Below the pieces are notes generated by a model. That model ran no database searches. It was not told the origin of the DNA and worked only from the letters and a program-made list of their open reading frames with translations. From contig OZ024743.1 in assembly GCA_964016885.1 (NCBI GenBank), positions 308,636,001-308,700,000 on the forward strand: a DNA stretch of 64,000 nucleotides, given 5' to 3'. Below are positions 12,044 through 25,756 of the stretch, in pieces; the first letter of the stretch is position 1; every line of letters begins with the position of its first letter. The position numbers were made by a program, and so were the translations under genes. Source of the stretch: Eledone cirrhosa. Lineage: Eukaryota.

Positions 12044-13890
12044 TCATCATCATCATCGTTTAACGTCTATCTTCCACGCTAGCATGGGTTTAGACGGGAT
12101 TGTCCCACGTAAGGCAAGATTGGTTGTCTTGCTCGTATAGGACTGTCTGGCGAGTTTTCTACGACTGGATGCCCTTCCTAACACCAAGCACGTTTACAGT
12201 GTGGACTGGGAGGTTTTTACTGTGTTACCTACATGGCCACATTACAACGTGGACTGCGTGTTTTTTTTTGTCGTGACACCTACACGACCTCATTTATATA
12301 GGACTGGATGTTTTGGCACCAACATAACTTTAGGTGTAGATGGTGGTGGGGGTAAGGGTAGTGGGATGGGGGTGTATTTTTGGTTAGGAGGTGCCTACTG
12401 ACTGTAGGTTTCACTTTGTACTTAGGCAAGGTGGGTCTTCTGTATTACTGCGTAGCGCCAAATATCTCGGTCCAGTAACATTGTCTTGGAGAGGTGTAAG
12501 TGTGTAAGGTCGGAATTTATCAAATCGTCCCAGGTTTTTCTGGGTCTACCTACTCCGTAGCTTCCATCTATTTTGATCGCCCTGCACTTTTTTATACAGC
12601 TGTCGTCTTTCATGCGCATCACGTGACCATACCAACGTAGTCTTCTCTTGAGTAAACAGCATCTGATCCCTCTTATTCCTAATTTCTCACTTAGTTCATT
12701 TATGCTTTGCCGTTCATGTATATTACTATTACACATCCAATGGAGCATACAAGCTTCGTTCCTCTCCAGTCTGCGCAGATCCTCTCACACAATGCCCATG
12801 TCTCACTGCCATGTAACATTGCTGTTCATATGCAGGCATCATACAGCCTGCCTTTCATTTTTAGAGAGAAACCTCTAGCGGCCAATAGTGGTATAAGCTC
12901 TCTGAACTTTTTCCTTCCCGTTCTGACTCTAGCTACTGTACTTTCAGACCACCCACCACCACTGCTGATTTTGTCACCCAGGTAACGGAAGGTGTCCACT
13001 ATTTCTATAGAACCATCTGGGCAATGGAAGGAGCTAGTATCCTGTGGGCACTTGCTACTACTTATTGCACCTGAGCACCGGCCACATATAAAATCTATGT
13101 TCTTGGTTAGTTTACCTGTGATCCCACTACATCTTTTATGCACCCATACTTTGCATTTGCGACATTAAATGGAGTTTCTGCCTACTCCTTTCCTACACAC
13201 TGAGCATGGCCATTTCCCAGAGGGGACGAGTGCCCTATTTTCCTTCCTACATACTAGAACTTTAGTCTTAGACAAGTTAATTTTAAGGCCTTTTGATTCT
13301 AGGCCATGCTTCCAAGTTTGGAATTTCTTCTCTAGTTCAGCCATTGATTCAGCTATGAGCGTTAGATCATCTGCGTATAGAAGTTCCCATGGGCAGCCGG
13401 TCTTGAATTCCTCTGTTATAGCCTGAAGGGCAATAATAAATAGGAGGGGGCTAAGGACAGAGCCCTGATGAACACCAACTTTTACGCTAAATTCTTCACT
13501 ATATTCGTTGTTAATTCTAACCTTGCTGACTGTTTCTTTATACATGGCTTGTATAGCTCTCACGAGCTAAGTTTTCTAAGAGCCCACCAGATAATGGAGC
13601 AGAGAACTCTGTCAAAGGCTTTCTCCAAGTCAACAAAAGCTAAGTATAGGGGTTTACTTTTAGCTAGGTACTTCTCCTGTAGTTGTTGTACAAGGAAAAG
13701 AGCGCCTGTAGTACTTTTACCTGACACAAACTCAAACTGCATTTCATCTAGATCAATTCGCTCTCTGATTAGTTGCGCAATAACTTTTTCTGTGACCTTC
13801 ATGACCTGGTCAATTAATTTAATGCCTCTATAATTTCCCCTGTCTAGGGCATCTCCTTTACCCTTGTAGCAGTTAATGATGCTGCTGCTA
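12044..13890 (-). mobile_element. RTE LINE (subfamily with long 3' UTR), 5'-truncated
   Basis: RT motifs GVHQGSVLSPLLF, LLYADD and FRYLGD, a PHD-type Cys/His cluster, about 380 bp of 3' UTR and a (GAT)n tail next to (TA)n. Confidence 0.92.
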
Positions 13891-14628
13891 TATATATTGA
13901 TTTTTATTTTTCAAAAATAATGTTTCATGGTTTCCTCTTCAAATTTTTTTTTTCGTTTTGCCTTGTATTTGTTCATTGTCTTGTCCTCTCTTTGTTAATT
14001 TTCCTAAGTTTATCATTTATACACACACACACACTTAGTTTTTGCAAGATATTTTTTATCTGGTAACATGTGTTGGAACATATGTTGTTATACTTTTGGA
14101 GGGTCATGCTGCCAGTAAAGCACACACCCACCTGCTGGGTTTCACTTTAATTTATTATAATTTCCCAGCCAGTTAGTTTAATAATAATCGGATGGTTGTT
14201 TAGTTGTTGATTGTCATCAAAGCTCTTTTGCCACACAATAGTAAGGTTTGGGCCAGCTAAAATTTGCAATTAAAATTCAAGGAACATGAAGAATGTTTTA
14301 AAATGTTTGCTGTCAAGAGCTGTCTATCAGTCTCCATCTCTCCCTCCTTTAGCTCTCTATCTGTCTATCTGCATGTATATGTGTGTGAATGTAGGTGTCT
14401 GTGTGCATGTATAGGGGTGTGTATGTGTGTGTATATATATGGTGATAAAAGGAGCATCCAGCCATAGAATCCAAGAGATATGCCCCCCCCCTCCCATATT
14501 TCATGCTCATATGGGAAAACAGTAACTCCCATATTAAGTACTGATTTGGCCTGTAACAACTTTTGAGGGGGGGGGGGTACAAAACAAAAACATGTTAAAT
14601 AACAGGTCATTTTCATAGGTTTGTTTAA

Positions 14629-14848
14629 CCCTTTAGCATTTACATTATTCTATATTTACTATTATAGTTTCACAATAAAGGCTTTACCTCACATAATTAT
14701 CTCACATAATATTGAATCTATGAGATTCTGATGTTATTTATTTTCAGAACAATACCTTAACATTGGTATGAGCAGCTGGTTATGACCAGTTTGAACAGAA
14801 AGAGGTGAGAGAATTTGGCCGGATATGGCCAGTTTAAATGCTAAAGAA
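14629..14848. mobile_element. piggyBac-type MITE (about 210-220 bp)
   Basis: TTAA|CCCTTTAGCATTTA ... TAAATGCTAAAG(G/A)(G/A)|TTAA. Six copies in the window. Confidence 0.75.
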
Positions 14849-15244
14849 TTAACTGCTGTTATGAGTGCAGGCTGGCATTCAGTTTAAGGTGTTTGCTCAG
14901 TGTTTCTTTAACTGATTGGAGCAATAATGGTCTTATTTATCTATATATATTCACCAACAGTTAAAGTGTGTTGCAGAAACTGAATATTTAGTGTTCTTTC
15001 GATAAAACAATAGGTTATGTGCTAGTTAGAAATAAACCTACAGTAGCATTTTATTGTTCATATAACAAAATAAATCTGCTTTACTGTGACACATAGATTT
15101 CATTCTTATCTAACAAACTGTGAAATGTTTGAAAGGAAATTAGAGGTCAAGTGAAATGTCAGAATTTGATAAACTAATTCTGTCTATAAATTCAGAGGCC
15201 AAATAGAATAATTAAATTGGCACGAACATTGAACATTGGCTCCG

Positions 15245-15470
15245 CTGTTGTATCACTATTACAAGTACACTGTAACATGTTGTATCACTGTTACAAACAC
15301 ACTGTAACAGTGTCTCTTGTATGTTGTACCACTGTTACAAACATACTGTAACATATCTATTGTTGTACCACTACAAACATACTGTAACATACATGTCTTA
15401 TGTTGTACCACTGTTACAAACATACTGTAACATGTCTTATGTTGTATCACTACAAACATACTGTAAGATG
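15245..15470. repeat. Minisatellite, unit about 36-40 bp
   Basis: Repeated tgttgtaccactgttacaaacatactgtaacatgtctta with small indels. Confidence 0.85.
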
Positions 15471-17362
15471 TCCTTTTATTTCTTTTACTGGGTTTCACAG
15501 GATTGTTTAATAAGTGACTTGCAGGCTGCCAGCTCATCTTAACATTATGTAGAGTGTGAGAATGTTTGTGAGATGCTGGCTACTGGTCCTTCATGGAGTT
15601 GATATCTCTGTTTGAGTGTCAACCATGTCTGCTGATGACCTGTTTAATCCTTGCTAGCAGGAAAAACGGATGTTAAATGATGATGATGGTGGTTCTGTGA
15701 CTATGACATCAGAAGCCAAATAAAGTAAGAAAATAGACATAAGAAGTTAGAAAGAACATTGGCTTATAAACTGTAACTTTTGCAATTATACTGGAAGATA
15801 TTCTTCTGCTTGTTTCAGTCATTAGGTTACTGCTATGCTGGGGCTAGAACAGAATTAGCAGAGGCTTTAGAACATCAGATAGAATATTTTGCTGTATTTG
15901 TTTCATCTCTCCGCTCTCTGATCTCCAATCCTGTTGAGGTCAACTTAGTTCTTCATCCATTCGAGGTCAATAAAAAAAAAGTACCAATCTAGTACTGGGT
16001 CAATATCCTCAACGTACTAGACTGTGAGATTGCACCCAAATCCACATTGTTATAAAGTGAACGTCCAATATTTGTGCCGGAATAACTGAAATTGTTGAAG
16101 GTTATTTTAAATCAAAAATATTTTTGCGGGCTGAAAGTTTGAATGGGACAGCTAAAATTTATTTCTAAGCTGCTTTTGATCCACTGCTGGTCTTACATAC
16201 ACCTGTTCTGGTTGCTCTAATATACATCTGTCCTTGCTGTGTCTTACACATATATGTCTATGCTAGCTAAGTGCAGGTTGGATAGAATGCACAGTCAGAA
16301 CAGACGCTGGATATCACCTCATGGAATACTTTAACATTTCTGCCAACCCACCTACCACCTACCACCATCACATCTGGCCTGCAACTTTATTTATGAAAGA
16401 ATAAACATCAAAGTTTGAAGACTATAAATAAATATAAATAATAATAAGTGGAAAGATATGATAGGAATGAAAAAAAAAGACCAAACATTGATTTTAGAAG
16501 TGTTTTAAGCTGTCTTTACTGGTTTAGAATAGGTATGTTATATTCTTGCCTATTGTCACAGTGTTGACTAAAAGAAAAGGTACTTTGTGTTCCTACATAT
16601 AACAGTTGACTATTAGAATAGGTATGTTGTATTCCTGCCTATTATAACAATTGATAAAAGGGGTAGAAGTCAGAAAAGGGTATAAAGCATTACTTCGAAA
16701 TAGGCCCCATGATTAGTATGAAGTCTGTGATGGGGTCCACTAGTCTAAATAAAACCTTACACTAGCAGAGAACCTGATCTTAATACTTTCATAACTGGTA
16801 TTTCTAATGAAATTTACTATTTCAATTAATTAATGAATAATTTTGAGGGATGTATTAAAATTATTTCATTACTAAGATAGTAGCTTATATTAATTATGTT
16901 GGAAGGTTTTAATTTAAAATTTGTGGTTTTGGTTCATAGAACCAGTTCTAGCTGGGTTGGTATCAAAAGTGTTAAAAAACTTTTTTTTTTTTTTTAAAGT
17001 GTTTTATTCAGTCTTTAATCAATATCAGATAGAAAGTCTAAATGTGATACATAACATATCAATATAGTTTGCAAGATATATTACTATTGCGCCCAGTCCG
17101 TAATGTAAAGTGGTCGTGTAGGTCACAACAAAGAGCAGCTGGCACACACTGTAAATGTGGTTGGTGTTAGGAAGAGTATGCAGCCATAGAAACCAAGCCA
17201 AATCAGTCCTGAGTGAGCAAATTATCGTTCCCCGGCCTGATCCCTCACAAAGGGACAGCCCGTCTTACCCATGCTAGCGAGGAATATGGACGTTAAATGA
17301 TGATGATGATGACTACATAACCACCAACAGCAATGCAAATATCAGGTTTACTTTGTAAATAT

Positions 17363-17641
17363 ATCGTTTCCCCTATTATAAGTCCTACTCCAAACTAGCA
17401 TGATTTTTATGTCGCTGTCCAATATGAGTTTTGCATCGTATAATAGATTTTTTTAATGATATTGTTTTTAACTCCATAATATATATCCTTTATTTTTGAC
17501 ATCAGTATAGTTATTCTTTTATCAAAACTTCTCTGCTGTTATTTTTTTGTGTAAAGATATAAGCCCTACCCTGAAAATAAGTCCTAGTGTCTACCTTTGA
17601 AGGAAAATTAATATAAGACCTGATTTATAATAGGTGAAACA
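17363..17641. mobile_element. Tc1/mariner-superfamily (pogo-like) MITE, degenerate
   Basis: Imperfect terminal inverted repeats cgtttcccctattataa ... ttataataggtgaaac in a TA context. Confidence 0.5.
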
Positions 17642-18463
17642 TATAACACACTCAATAATTATTGATATCAAACCATTGAACAATGATATTTCATTTTTAC
17701 CATTACCAGTTTATAAAGAAAACAAGTCTATTCTGTAGTATGCGGGTGTTTATAGCATTATAGTATTGAAGACTGTGTACTAATTGCTTCAGTTTGTTAG
17801 CAAATCTTTATTTAAGTACTTGATTGGTTGACGAGGAGTTCCTGAACAATCAATCACATATACTTTAATATTGATCAGTTATTCATTGTTATTTTGTTTT
17901 GTTATCCCCCCATCTCTCCTTTTGTCCTTCAATTCCATAACAGGAAAAACTTTGTTGATTATATTTAGAATTCACTGCACTGAAAGAAGCTGAAGCTGTG
18001 AATGGCTACCTACATGTTGTGTAGTTTTGCTTTCTTTAATAATGATTCTGAAATCAGACTTTCAAGAATGAATTATGTATATGCACTGAGATATTAATAT
18101 TAAAAAAAAAAAAAATGAGTCATCAGTTTTCTCCTCTCCCTCCTACCCCCACTTCCTCTTTCTCCTCGTTATAGTATATATTGTGAAGGTACATGACGTA
18201 GTGGTTAAGATGTTGGTCTTACGATCATAAAGTCATAGGTTGAATTTCTGGACTGGGCAGTGAATTATGTTCTTGAGCAGGATGCTTCATTTCACATTGC
18301 TTTTCATGATAGGGCTTGAGGCCTCAATCATTAAAACATCTGAGAAATCTCTGATGGGATGCAACCTTGTAGAAGGCCAGCTAAACATACATTTCATTTA
18401 ATTTCATTTCATTTTCATTTTATATCAGCTTTCCATGCTGACATTAGTTGGATAGGTTGTTAA

Positions 18464-18668
18464 CCCTTTAGCATTTACATTACTCTATATATACTATTGT
18501 ATTTTTGTGGTAAAGGTCTTATCTCCCATATCAAATCTATAGGATTTGGATATTATTTATTTTGAGAACAATATCTTAACATCAAAATGAGTGGCCAGTT
18601 ATGCCTGGTTTGAATAGAAAGAAGTGAGAGAATTCTGGCTGGATTCAGCCAGTTTAACTGCTAGAGGG
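18464..18668. mobile_element. piggyBac-type MITE copy
   Basis: TTAA-CCCTTTAGCATTTAC start and GGG-TTA end. Same body as the 14629 copy. Confidence 0.75.
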
Positions 18669-18719
18669 TTATAGTCAGACTACTATATATTTTTCAAAGG
18701 AAAATAAGAAATAAAGTTT

Positions 18720-18990
18720 GGAATTGTTGTCGGACCTCTGTCAGTTTCAACAACGGAATATCCTGCCTGTAAAATTAAAGTACAAGTGGCTGAATATTCC
18801 AGTCACATGCATCATTAATGTAGTTCTCAGGGTGATTCAGTGTTACACAGTGAATGACAAGGCTGGTCTTTTGAATTACAAGTACAACTCATTTTTACCA
18901 GCTAAGTGAACTGGAGCAATTTGATAAAAAAAGTGTCTTGTTCAGGGGAATCGAACTCACAACCTTACAACCATGAATCAAATACTCTAA
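18720..18990 (-). mobile_element. tRNA-derived SINE (family B)
   Basis: Minus strand has B-box GTTCGATTCC, then ctgaacaagacac...ttgctccagttcac and the cagccttgtcattcactgtg body. Confidence 0.65.
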
Positions 18991-19269
18991 ACCTAAAATT
19001 TGAAATAAATGAAAGCTATTTATGCTGAGGTAGCTATTTATTGAGAATTAAAAAAAAAAAAAAAGGTATTGTATGCTATGTTATTTTTGGCACAAATATT
19101 GTACAGTAGATTTTGAAATTAAGCAAATAAATGTTTTAGATATTTCAATTATTTATTAATTATAAACAATTGGTAGGCTGGATGGTATTTTCAATTTGTT
19201 GAGTTTTGTGTCATGAAATGAAGAGAAAGGTATTTGTGATGAAACAAACAAACAAAATGAAATAAAACT

Positions 19270-19545
19270 TACAGCTCATATCTATATATGTTTAGCTGGC
19301 CTCCCATGAGGTTTCTGGGGTGTTTTAATTATAGGGGCTCTAGGCCTGTCATGTTGTTATAGCTCACATCTATGTAGGTTTAGCTGGCCTCTTATCACAT
19401 TGCATCTTATAGGAGGTTTCTTGGGTGTTTTAATTATAGGAGCCCTGTTCCTATCATGTTGTTACAGCTCACATCTATGTAGGTTTGCATTTTATTGGAG
19501 GTTTCTTGGGTGTTTTAATTATAGGGGTTCTAGTCCTATCATGAA
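19270..19545. repeat. Tandem repeat, about 3 units of 80-105 bp
   Basis: Recurring agctcacatctatgtaggttt ... gggtgttttaattatagg ... tcatgttgtt. Confidence 0.8.
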
Positions 19546-19727
19546 AAGCACCATGAAATGAAGTATCTAGGTCAAAAATGCAATGTGGCATCTGGTTCAG
19601 AAATTGAACCCACAGGCTAATGATTGTGAGTTCAACATTCTAACTATGAAGCAATATGCTTTGGAAGATATTTGAGTTTATCATTCCACTTGAGAATATG
19701 CACCTTTCTGTTTTGATATTTTGATAG

Positions 19728-19965
19728 AGCTGAATGGCTTAGTGGTAAGTGTGTTGGACTTAGGATCATAATGTCGTGGGTTTGGTTCTTGGACTGTGTT
19801 GTGTGTTGGGTTCTTGAGAAAAGTTCTACATTTCATGTTGCTCCAGTATATTCAGCTGAAAATGAGAACAGCAGTAACTCTGGGTTTAACCCTGTGATGG
19901 ATTGGCGCCCTGTACAGGGAGCAGTTTTTTACTTTCAGTCGCTTAACGGCATGGAAACTTTAAAT
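19728..19965 (+). mobile_element. tRNA-derived SINE (family B-like)
   Basis: A-box tggcttagtgg, degenerate B-box, ttcttgag...ttgctccagt core, aaccctgtgatggattggcgccctgtacaggg 3' part. Confidence 0.6.
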
Positions 19966-20031
19966 TGGTTAGGGCGAGATATTTTGAGGCAGGCTTCTTA
20001 CAGTTAAATGTCCTCAGCTTTGAAAGTACAG

Positions 20032-20062
<31 letters not shown>

Positions 20063-21903
20063 ACATCCTTCCTTCCTTTCAATCATAGCTACTGGCATAT
20101 GTATGTAAACAAAACATGTAGGTGTTTCAGTACCACTACATGAATATGTAATTCTGACATTTAGATCTTTGTTTATGACAAAAATATAAACATTCTTTTA
20201 TTTGTTTTGACACCTATTTTTTGCATGTGTTATAATGCAATTAAATAGAAACAATCACAACCAAGAAATATAATAGTAGTGAAGATGTAGATTTATTTTA
20301 AATTTTGACTTTAATGAGAGTGAGAGAAGTGCAATGCCCATAACTCTTTTGAGAACAACCAAGACTAAGGGGAACGAGGAAGGTATCTTTAAACTAGATA
20401 CCTATCTCGGATGCATGCTACAGATTAGACATTGTTAAAGATACCCTGTTAAAGTGAGGAAAAGCTAAACCTATAGGTTTTTTTTATAATTGTTTAGGAA
20501 TCGACTGCATATGTTTACTTGCTGGGCTCTGGGATGTGACTGTGTGTGTTTTCTCACTGAAATAAAAATGTAATATGTATTTTAAGGCCAACATCCATGC
20601 TAAAGTGGAGGTTAGCTTTGCATTTGCAGGCCCCCATAACAAGCTTTATGCCTATCATGGTCCTTTTTGAGGTAATGTTTTATGGCTGGATGCCTTTTTA
20701 GTTGCCACTTATGACATGGCCGGGTAATGTAACTATTAAGTATCTATTATCTACTAACTTACAAGGAAATGTAACTAAAAAATTGGTGGATAATAAATAG
20801 TTGATGATTCAAAAGTAAGACAATACAAGTTTTGGACAGAAAATTGAATATTATTCTGAAATCTTCACTGAAACTTGTATAAGAGATGCTAAGAACTGTC
20901 TGTATATGTGTTTTAAGGCAATTTTGTCTACTAAAGACAAGGGTTAACCTTGCAGGTCCCAGTCAGGTTTAATAGGCATCATGAGGTAATTTTTGAAGTA
21001 ATGTCTTATAGTTAGGCCTTCCTGGTTCTAACTCTTTTAGTTACCTTTTATATTATGCAAGCATATGATGTAGATATTCTAAACTGGTTACTCACAGGGG
21101 ATTAAGAATTAGGTCTATCATAGAGACAAATTCCAATAAGGTTGTCAACAGATGTTTTTGTAAAATGTGTTGTCTGTCACTTTCTTTTTCTTTTTTTTTT
21201 CTTTCCACAAATTTAGTGTCTACCTTGTCTGATGGATGAAACTAAAGAATTCAATTATTTTTGTCTGTCATATTCAAATTTCTATACATGTCTCAAAGCT
21301 TTGGCTGATATCTCTAACACATTAAAAAATATTTTGTACAAACACCAACACGGACATGTCAATGTAAAATGCTCTCTTTATTCATCATGATAATCATAAC
21401 CATGCTGACTAACTTCAACCATCTCGATTGAGCTGGAGAGAACCAGTGTTTCATATTTCTAATTGTCACTTTTTGATACTATTCTTTAGTGAGTCTGAAT
21501 TTTTGACAAGTTTAGTCAATCATATTGACCCTGGTAGTTATTTTTTAAAGTCTAGTACTTATTCTATCAATTCGAAGTTGTCAGACAACTAAGTTATGAG
21601 AAATACAAACAGCAACCTATATACAGACATAGACATGTGTGTATGATCAGCTATTGTTCAGTTTCCATCTACCAAATTTCACTGACAAGGCATTGATTAA
21701 CCTGAAGCTACAGCAGAAGTCAGCCAAAGTGTCACTTAGTAAGACTGAGCTTGAAACCATGTTGTACTTGTGAAAATAATTTATCACACAGACCATATTT
21801 ACATGTTTTAGTTTTTCTTTTTTAACAGCATTCTTGGTAAATTGTATCATCACCCACCATCTCTTCTTATCACATCATATTGCTGTCCAAATATGTCATT
21901 TAA

Positions 21904-22120
21904 CCCTTTAGCATTTACATTACTCTATATTTACTATTGTATTTTTGTGGTAAAGGCTTTATCTTACATAGTTATCTCACATAATATCAAATCTATGAGA
22001 TTCTGATATTATTTATTTTGAGAACAATACCTTAACATCAGTATGAGGGGTCAGTTATGGCCAGTTTGAACAGAAGTGAGAGAATTCTGGCCAGATACAG
22101 CCAGTTTTAATGATAAAGGG
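21904..22120. mobile_element. piggyBac-type MITE copy
   Basis: TTAA|CCCTTTAGCATT ... AATGATAAAGGG|TTAA. Confidence 0.8.
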
Positions 22121-23392
22121 TTAATATATATTTTGCCACTTTAAATTGTACAAATCCTAAAGTTTTATCAACACAGAGTTCAGTCTCACTGCATGGTACT
22201 TTGAGCAAGATGTCTTCTACTAATAGCCTCGGGATGACCAATGCTTTGTGAATGAAATTTAGTAGATGGAGACAGTGTAAAAGCCTGACATATATCATCA
22301 TCATTTAGCATCCACTTTTCCATGCTAGCATAGGTTGGATGGGTTGTCACAGACCAAGTCTGTACACAATTTGAACTGCTGTACTCACAGACCAAGTCTG
22401 TACACAATTTGAACTGCTGTACTCACAGACAGGTCGGAGGCTACACCTCGCTTATGTACATTCTTCCACTTTGGTGAGAGTGTGTGTTTACTATTTGTCT
22501 TTGTCCTGTTTAAGAAGATTGATAAAATAAATAAAGTGAGATTGACGAGATAAATGCCAGTAGTGGGGTTGATATCAATTAACAATCCCTTCAAGGCAGT
22601 GTCCCAGCATACCTATCTTGGACTATAGTCTAATGACTGAAATAAGCAAAGGAATAGTAGTAAAAATACATTTTTAGATAATTCTGATTGAAAACAGCTG
22701 TTCATATAATTTTGTAATGGTGTCTGGAGCAATGGCAGTTGTAACAACAGACATGTAATTCCATTGCTTGGGAATGTAACAGAAAAATGACAAACTATAA
22801 ACATAAATCTAGATTGTCCTTTTGATAAAGCAAGATTGAGGAAGATAAATAATATGTTTGTGAGAATATAGCGCAGGTGTAGATATTTCATACTAAATAC
22901 AAACAATACAAACAACTCAGTATAATATACTGAGTTGAAAATCTTAGATTAGTAGTTAGCTTTTTTTGTTTTTCTTTTTAATTTACTGATTTGTCTTTAG
23001 GCTGTAACCATGCTGGGGCAGTCACATAATAAATTTGCTATATCTGTATCCAGTTTAGAATAGATGCCCTGTATCCTTACATGTAAGAGATAACTAAAAG
23101 GGTTGGCATGAGGAAAGGCATCAAAAGAACACCATCCTTAGTATGAAGTTTGTCATGAACTTCCATTAGGTTAACACTGGCTTTGTACGTGGGAGTGGCC
23201 TTAAAAGATTTGTGTTGTTAATAAATTCAGACTTAGTTCATTGTAGTACTGATAACAGATGCCAATAGAGAATATAGCTTAATGGCTAACAAGATATTGA
23301 ACAGGGAAGTTGTTAGTAAGGTTTAAGAGTGGCTTTTCTCATGCGCATGCATGCATTGGTATTTAGATGGATGTTAAACAGTGATGATGATG

Positions 23393-23459
<67 letters not shown>

Positions 23460-23462
<3 letters not shown>

Positions 23463-23735
23463 TAACAAAATTGTGTACAGTGCTCAGGTGCACTACAACT
23501 CATCAAAGGTGCATGTATAGTACATAGAATAATGCACAAATGTCAGGAAAGTGTACAGTTTGAGTCATGATATACACACAGATACATGCGTGTGTACGGA
23601 GGCCGAATATATCAGGTGTAGTGTTGGCAAATCAAATTTCAGGAAGTATGAAGATTTTGAAGGATGCAGTGTCCTGACAGCTAACAACCAATGCAGGTAG
23701 TTTGTTCCATGCTTCAGCAACTCTGAGTGTGAAAA
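23460..23735 (-). mobile_element. CR1-group LINE 3' fragment
   Basis: Same 3' sequence as the 46721-47562 element (gtgcactacaactc.tcaaaggtg; gtagtttgttccatgcttcagcaa). Sits between (TA)n tracts. Confidence 0.75.
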
Positions 23736-23749
23736 AATGATATATATAT

Positions 23750-23791
<42 letters not shown>

Positions 23792-24078
23792 AAAATGGGC
23801 TTCTGTCTACCAAATTCCACTCATATGGCTGAAGGTGCCACACAGTGAGGCTGAACCTGAAACCATGGGGTTATGAAATCCTTAACCACACAACCATACC
23901 TGCACCTACATATTCCTTTAGCACAGTCATTAGACTGAGGCCACAATAGAGCATTGGTTCATAGGAATTTAGTCAATCATATCAATCCCACTACCTTTTT
24001 TTTTATTTTTTTTTTATTGATATTTATTTTTGTCAAACTACTAAGTTACACAAACACAAGTGTGTCTGTGTGTGTGTA

Positions 24079-24270
24079 CGAGGATTGACTGAAAAGTCAA
24101 TAGGCCGACCAAGATTCTCATGGAATGACCAAATGAGGTTTATTTTTCAACATAGTCCCTGGTAAGAAACAATGCAGTTATTAATAAGAGTGAAATTAAT
24201 GCATGCAAGATTTCAGAGCACTAGCATCACTCGTTTGTAGTTAGCCTACAAAATTTTCAGCCTACCCTTG
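24079..24270. mobile_element. mariner-type MITE
   Basis: TA|CGAGGATTGACTGAAAA ... TTTTCAGCCTACCCTTG|TA. Second copy at 39608-39849. Confidence 0.7.
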
Positions 24271-24739
24271 TATACATACATTGACCAAGTGGAAGTGTTG
24301 ATGCCATACAATACACCCAGTACACTCTGTAAATTGGTTAATGACTTGTCTAACCCATGACAGCATTGAAAGCAAACAATAAAATGATAATTATATATAA
24401 ATATACATGCACTCTCTCTCTCTCATAAATAACATTGTATGTAAAGCATTGAACTTTCAAAGCACTGAGGAGTTATGAAGTTCAGAGAAAATGTAAGGAA
24501 TGCAGATGCAGAAATTAATGTAAATAAAATCAGTTGCTATAAATAATTGCTTTAAAAATTGGGTAAAATACCCCTATGGATAGGAAATAGGGGCTAGTAT
24601 CAAATTTTTTATCTTTCAGATGCTGCACAGAATTAAAAATAGTTATATTTGGAAAAATCAAGTTGCTACTTTATAAAGAAAACTTCTGTGATTGTTAAGA
24701 TGCCATCAAATCCAGTCATCTTTTTTTTTTCATGATTAT

Positions 24740-24964
24740 ACACACACACACACACTCACACTCACACTCACACTCACACTCACCACCACCATCATCATCA
24801 TCATCATCATCATCACCATCATCACCATCATCACCATCATGATCATCATGATCATGATCATCATGATCATGATCATGATCATGATCATCATGATCATGAT
24901 CATCATGATCATGATCATCATGATCATCATCATGATCATGATGATGATGATGATGATGATGATG
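24740..24964. repeat. Compound microsatellite (CA)n-(CACACT)n-(CAT)n-(CATGAT)n-(GAT)n
   Basis: Read directly. Abuts an RTE 3' fragment at 24964-25190 (-). Confidence 0.95.
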
Positions 24965-25756
24965 TCTGCTTATCCCTGCTTGCATGGGTTGGACAGGTCT
25001 TTCTCAGCATGGCATCTCTTCACTCATTGTGATCCTTTGTCATCGTCTCTGAGAGTTTCATTGATTTGAGGTCAGCTCTCACAACTTTTGCCCAGGTCTT
25101 TCTAGGTCTACCTCTACTTGACTTCCTTCCACTGGCATTTCCTGGCACTTCTTCACCCAATGATCATTCTCCATGTGCATCACATGTCCAAACCAACACC
25201 CGCTGCAACAGCTCCCCCCTCCATCTCATGGGGCTCCATTCTCAAGCAGGCCACTGTCTTTCCAACTTTATCATATTATAGAGACACCCGCTGCAACAGC
25301 CACCCCACCTTATGGAACTCCCTTCTCAAGCAGGCACTGTCTTTCCAATGTTTACAACCAACACTTGAAATATTATTTAAGTGGGGACTAACTACTGTGA
25401 ATCTACTCTTTTCCTATTCTATTTCCCATACTAGTTTAGTTTGGTTACTTCATAAATGACCTTTACTAAACTAATTAGCAGACACTCATTAATCCTGTTG
25501 TAGAGAAATAATAACTTGTCTTAATTCAATATCCACAATTTATTTTGTTCCATTTTTACCCCATTATGTTTCCATGGTGACATTATTGGAATATCTGAAA
25601 TAACTGGCATTTACATTTTATTTTTCTTCAAACAAATTTTTTTTTGTTAGCTTAGTTATTTCATTTTTTTTTTGTCTTTTTTTTTACTATGGGCATATGT
25701 CATTCTTGGCACTAGCCATTTAGTTAGTTACAATGTAAAATTGCTTATTTTTGTCG

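Noticed and set aside
19009-19035. ATG-KAIYAE|gtagct as the missing first SH3 exon
   Set aside because: It lacks about seven residues of the RT loop needed before E-LVFQKG, and the donor is weak.
20956-20985. 30-nt micro-exon candidate ttgcag|VPVRFNRHHE|gtaatt
   Set aside because: No real SH3 similarity, and it resembles a nearby degenerate repeat at about 20620-20700.
24692-25069. His/Asp-rich and Met/Ile-rich ORFs
   Set aside because: They are translations of the compound microsatellite.
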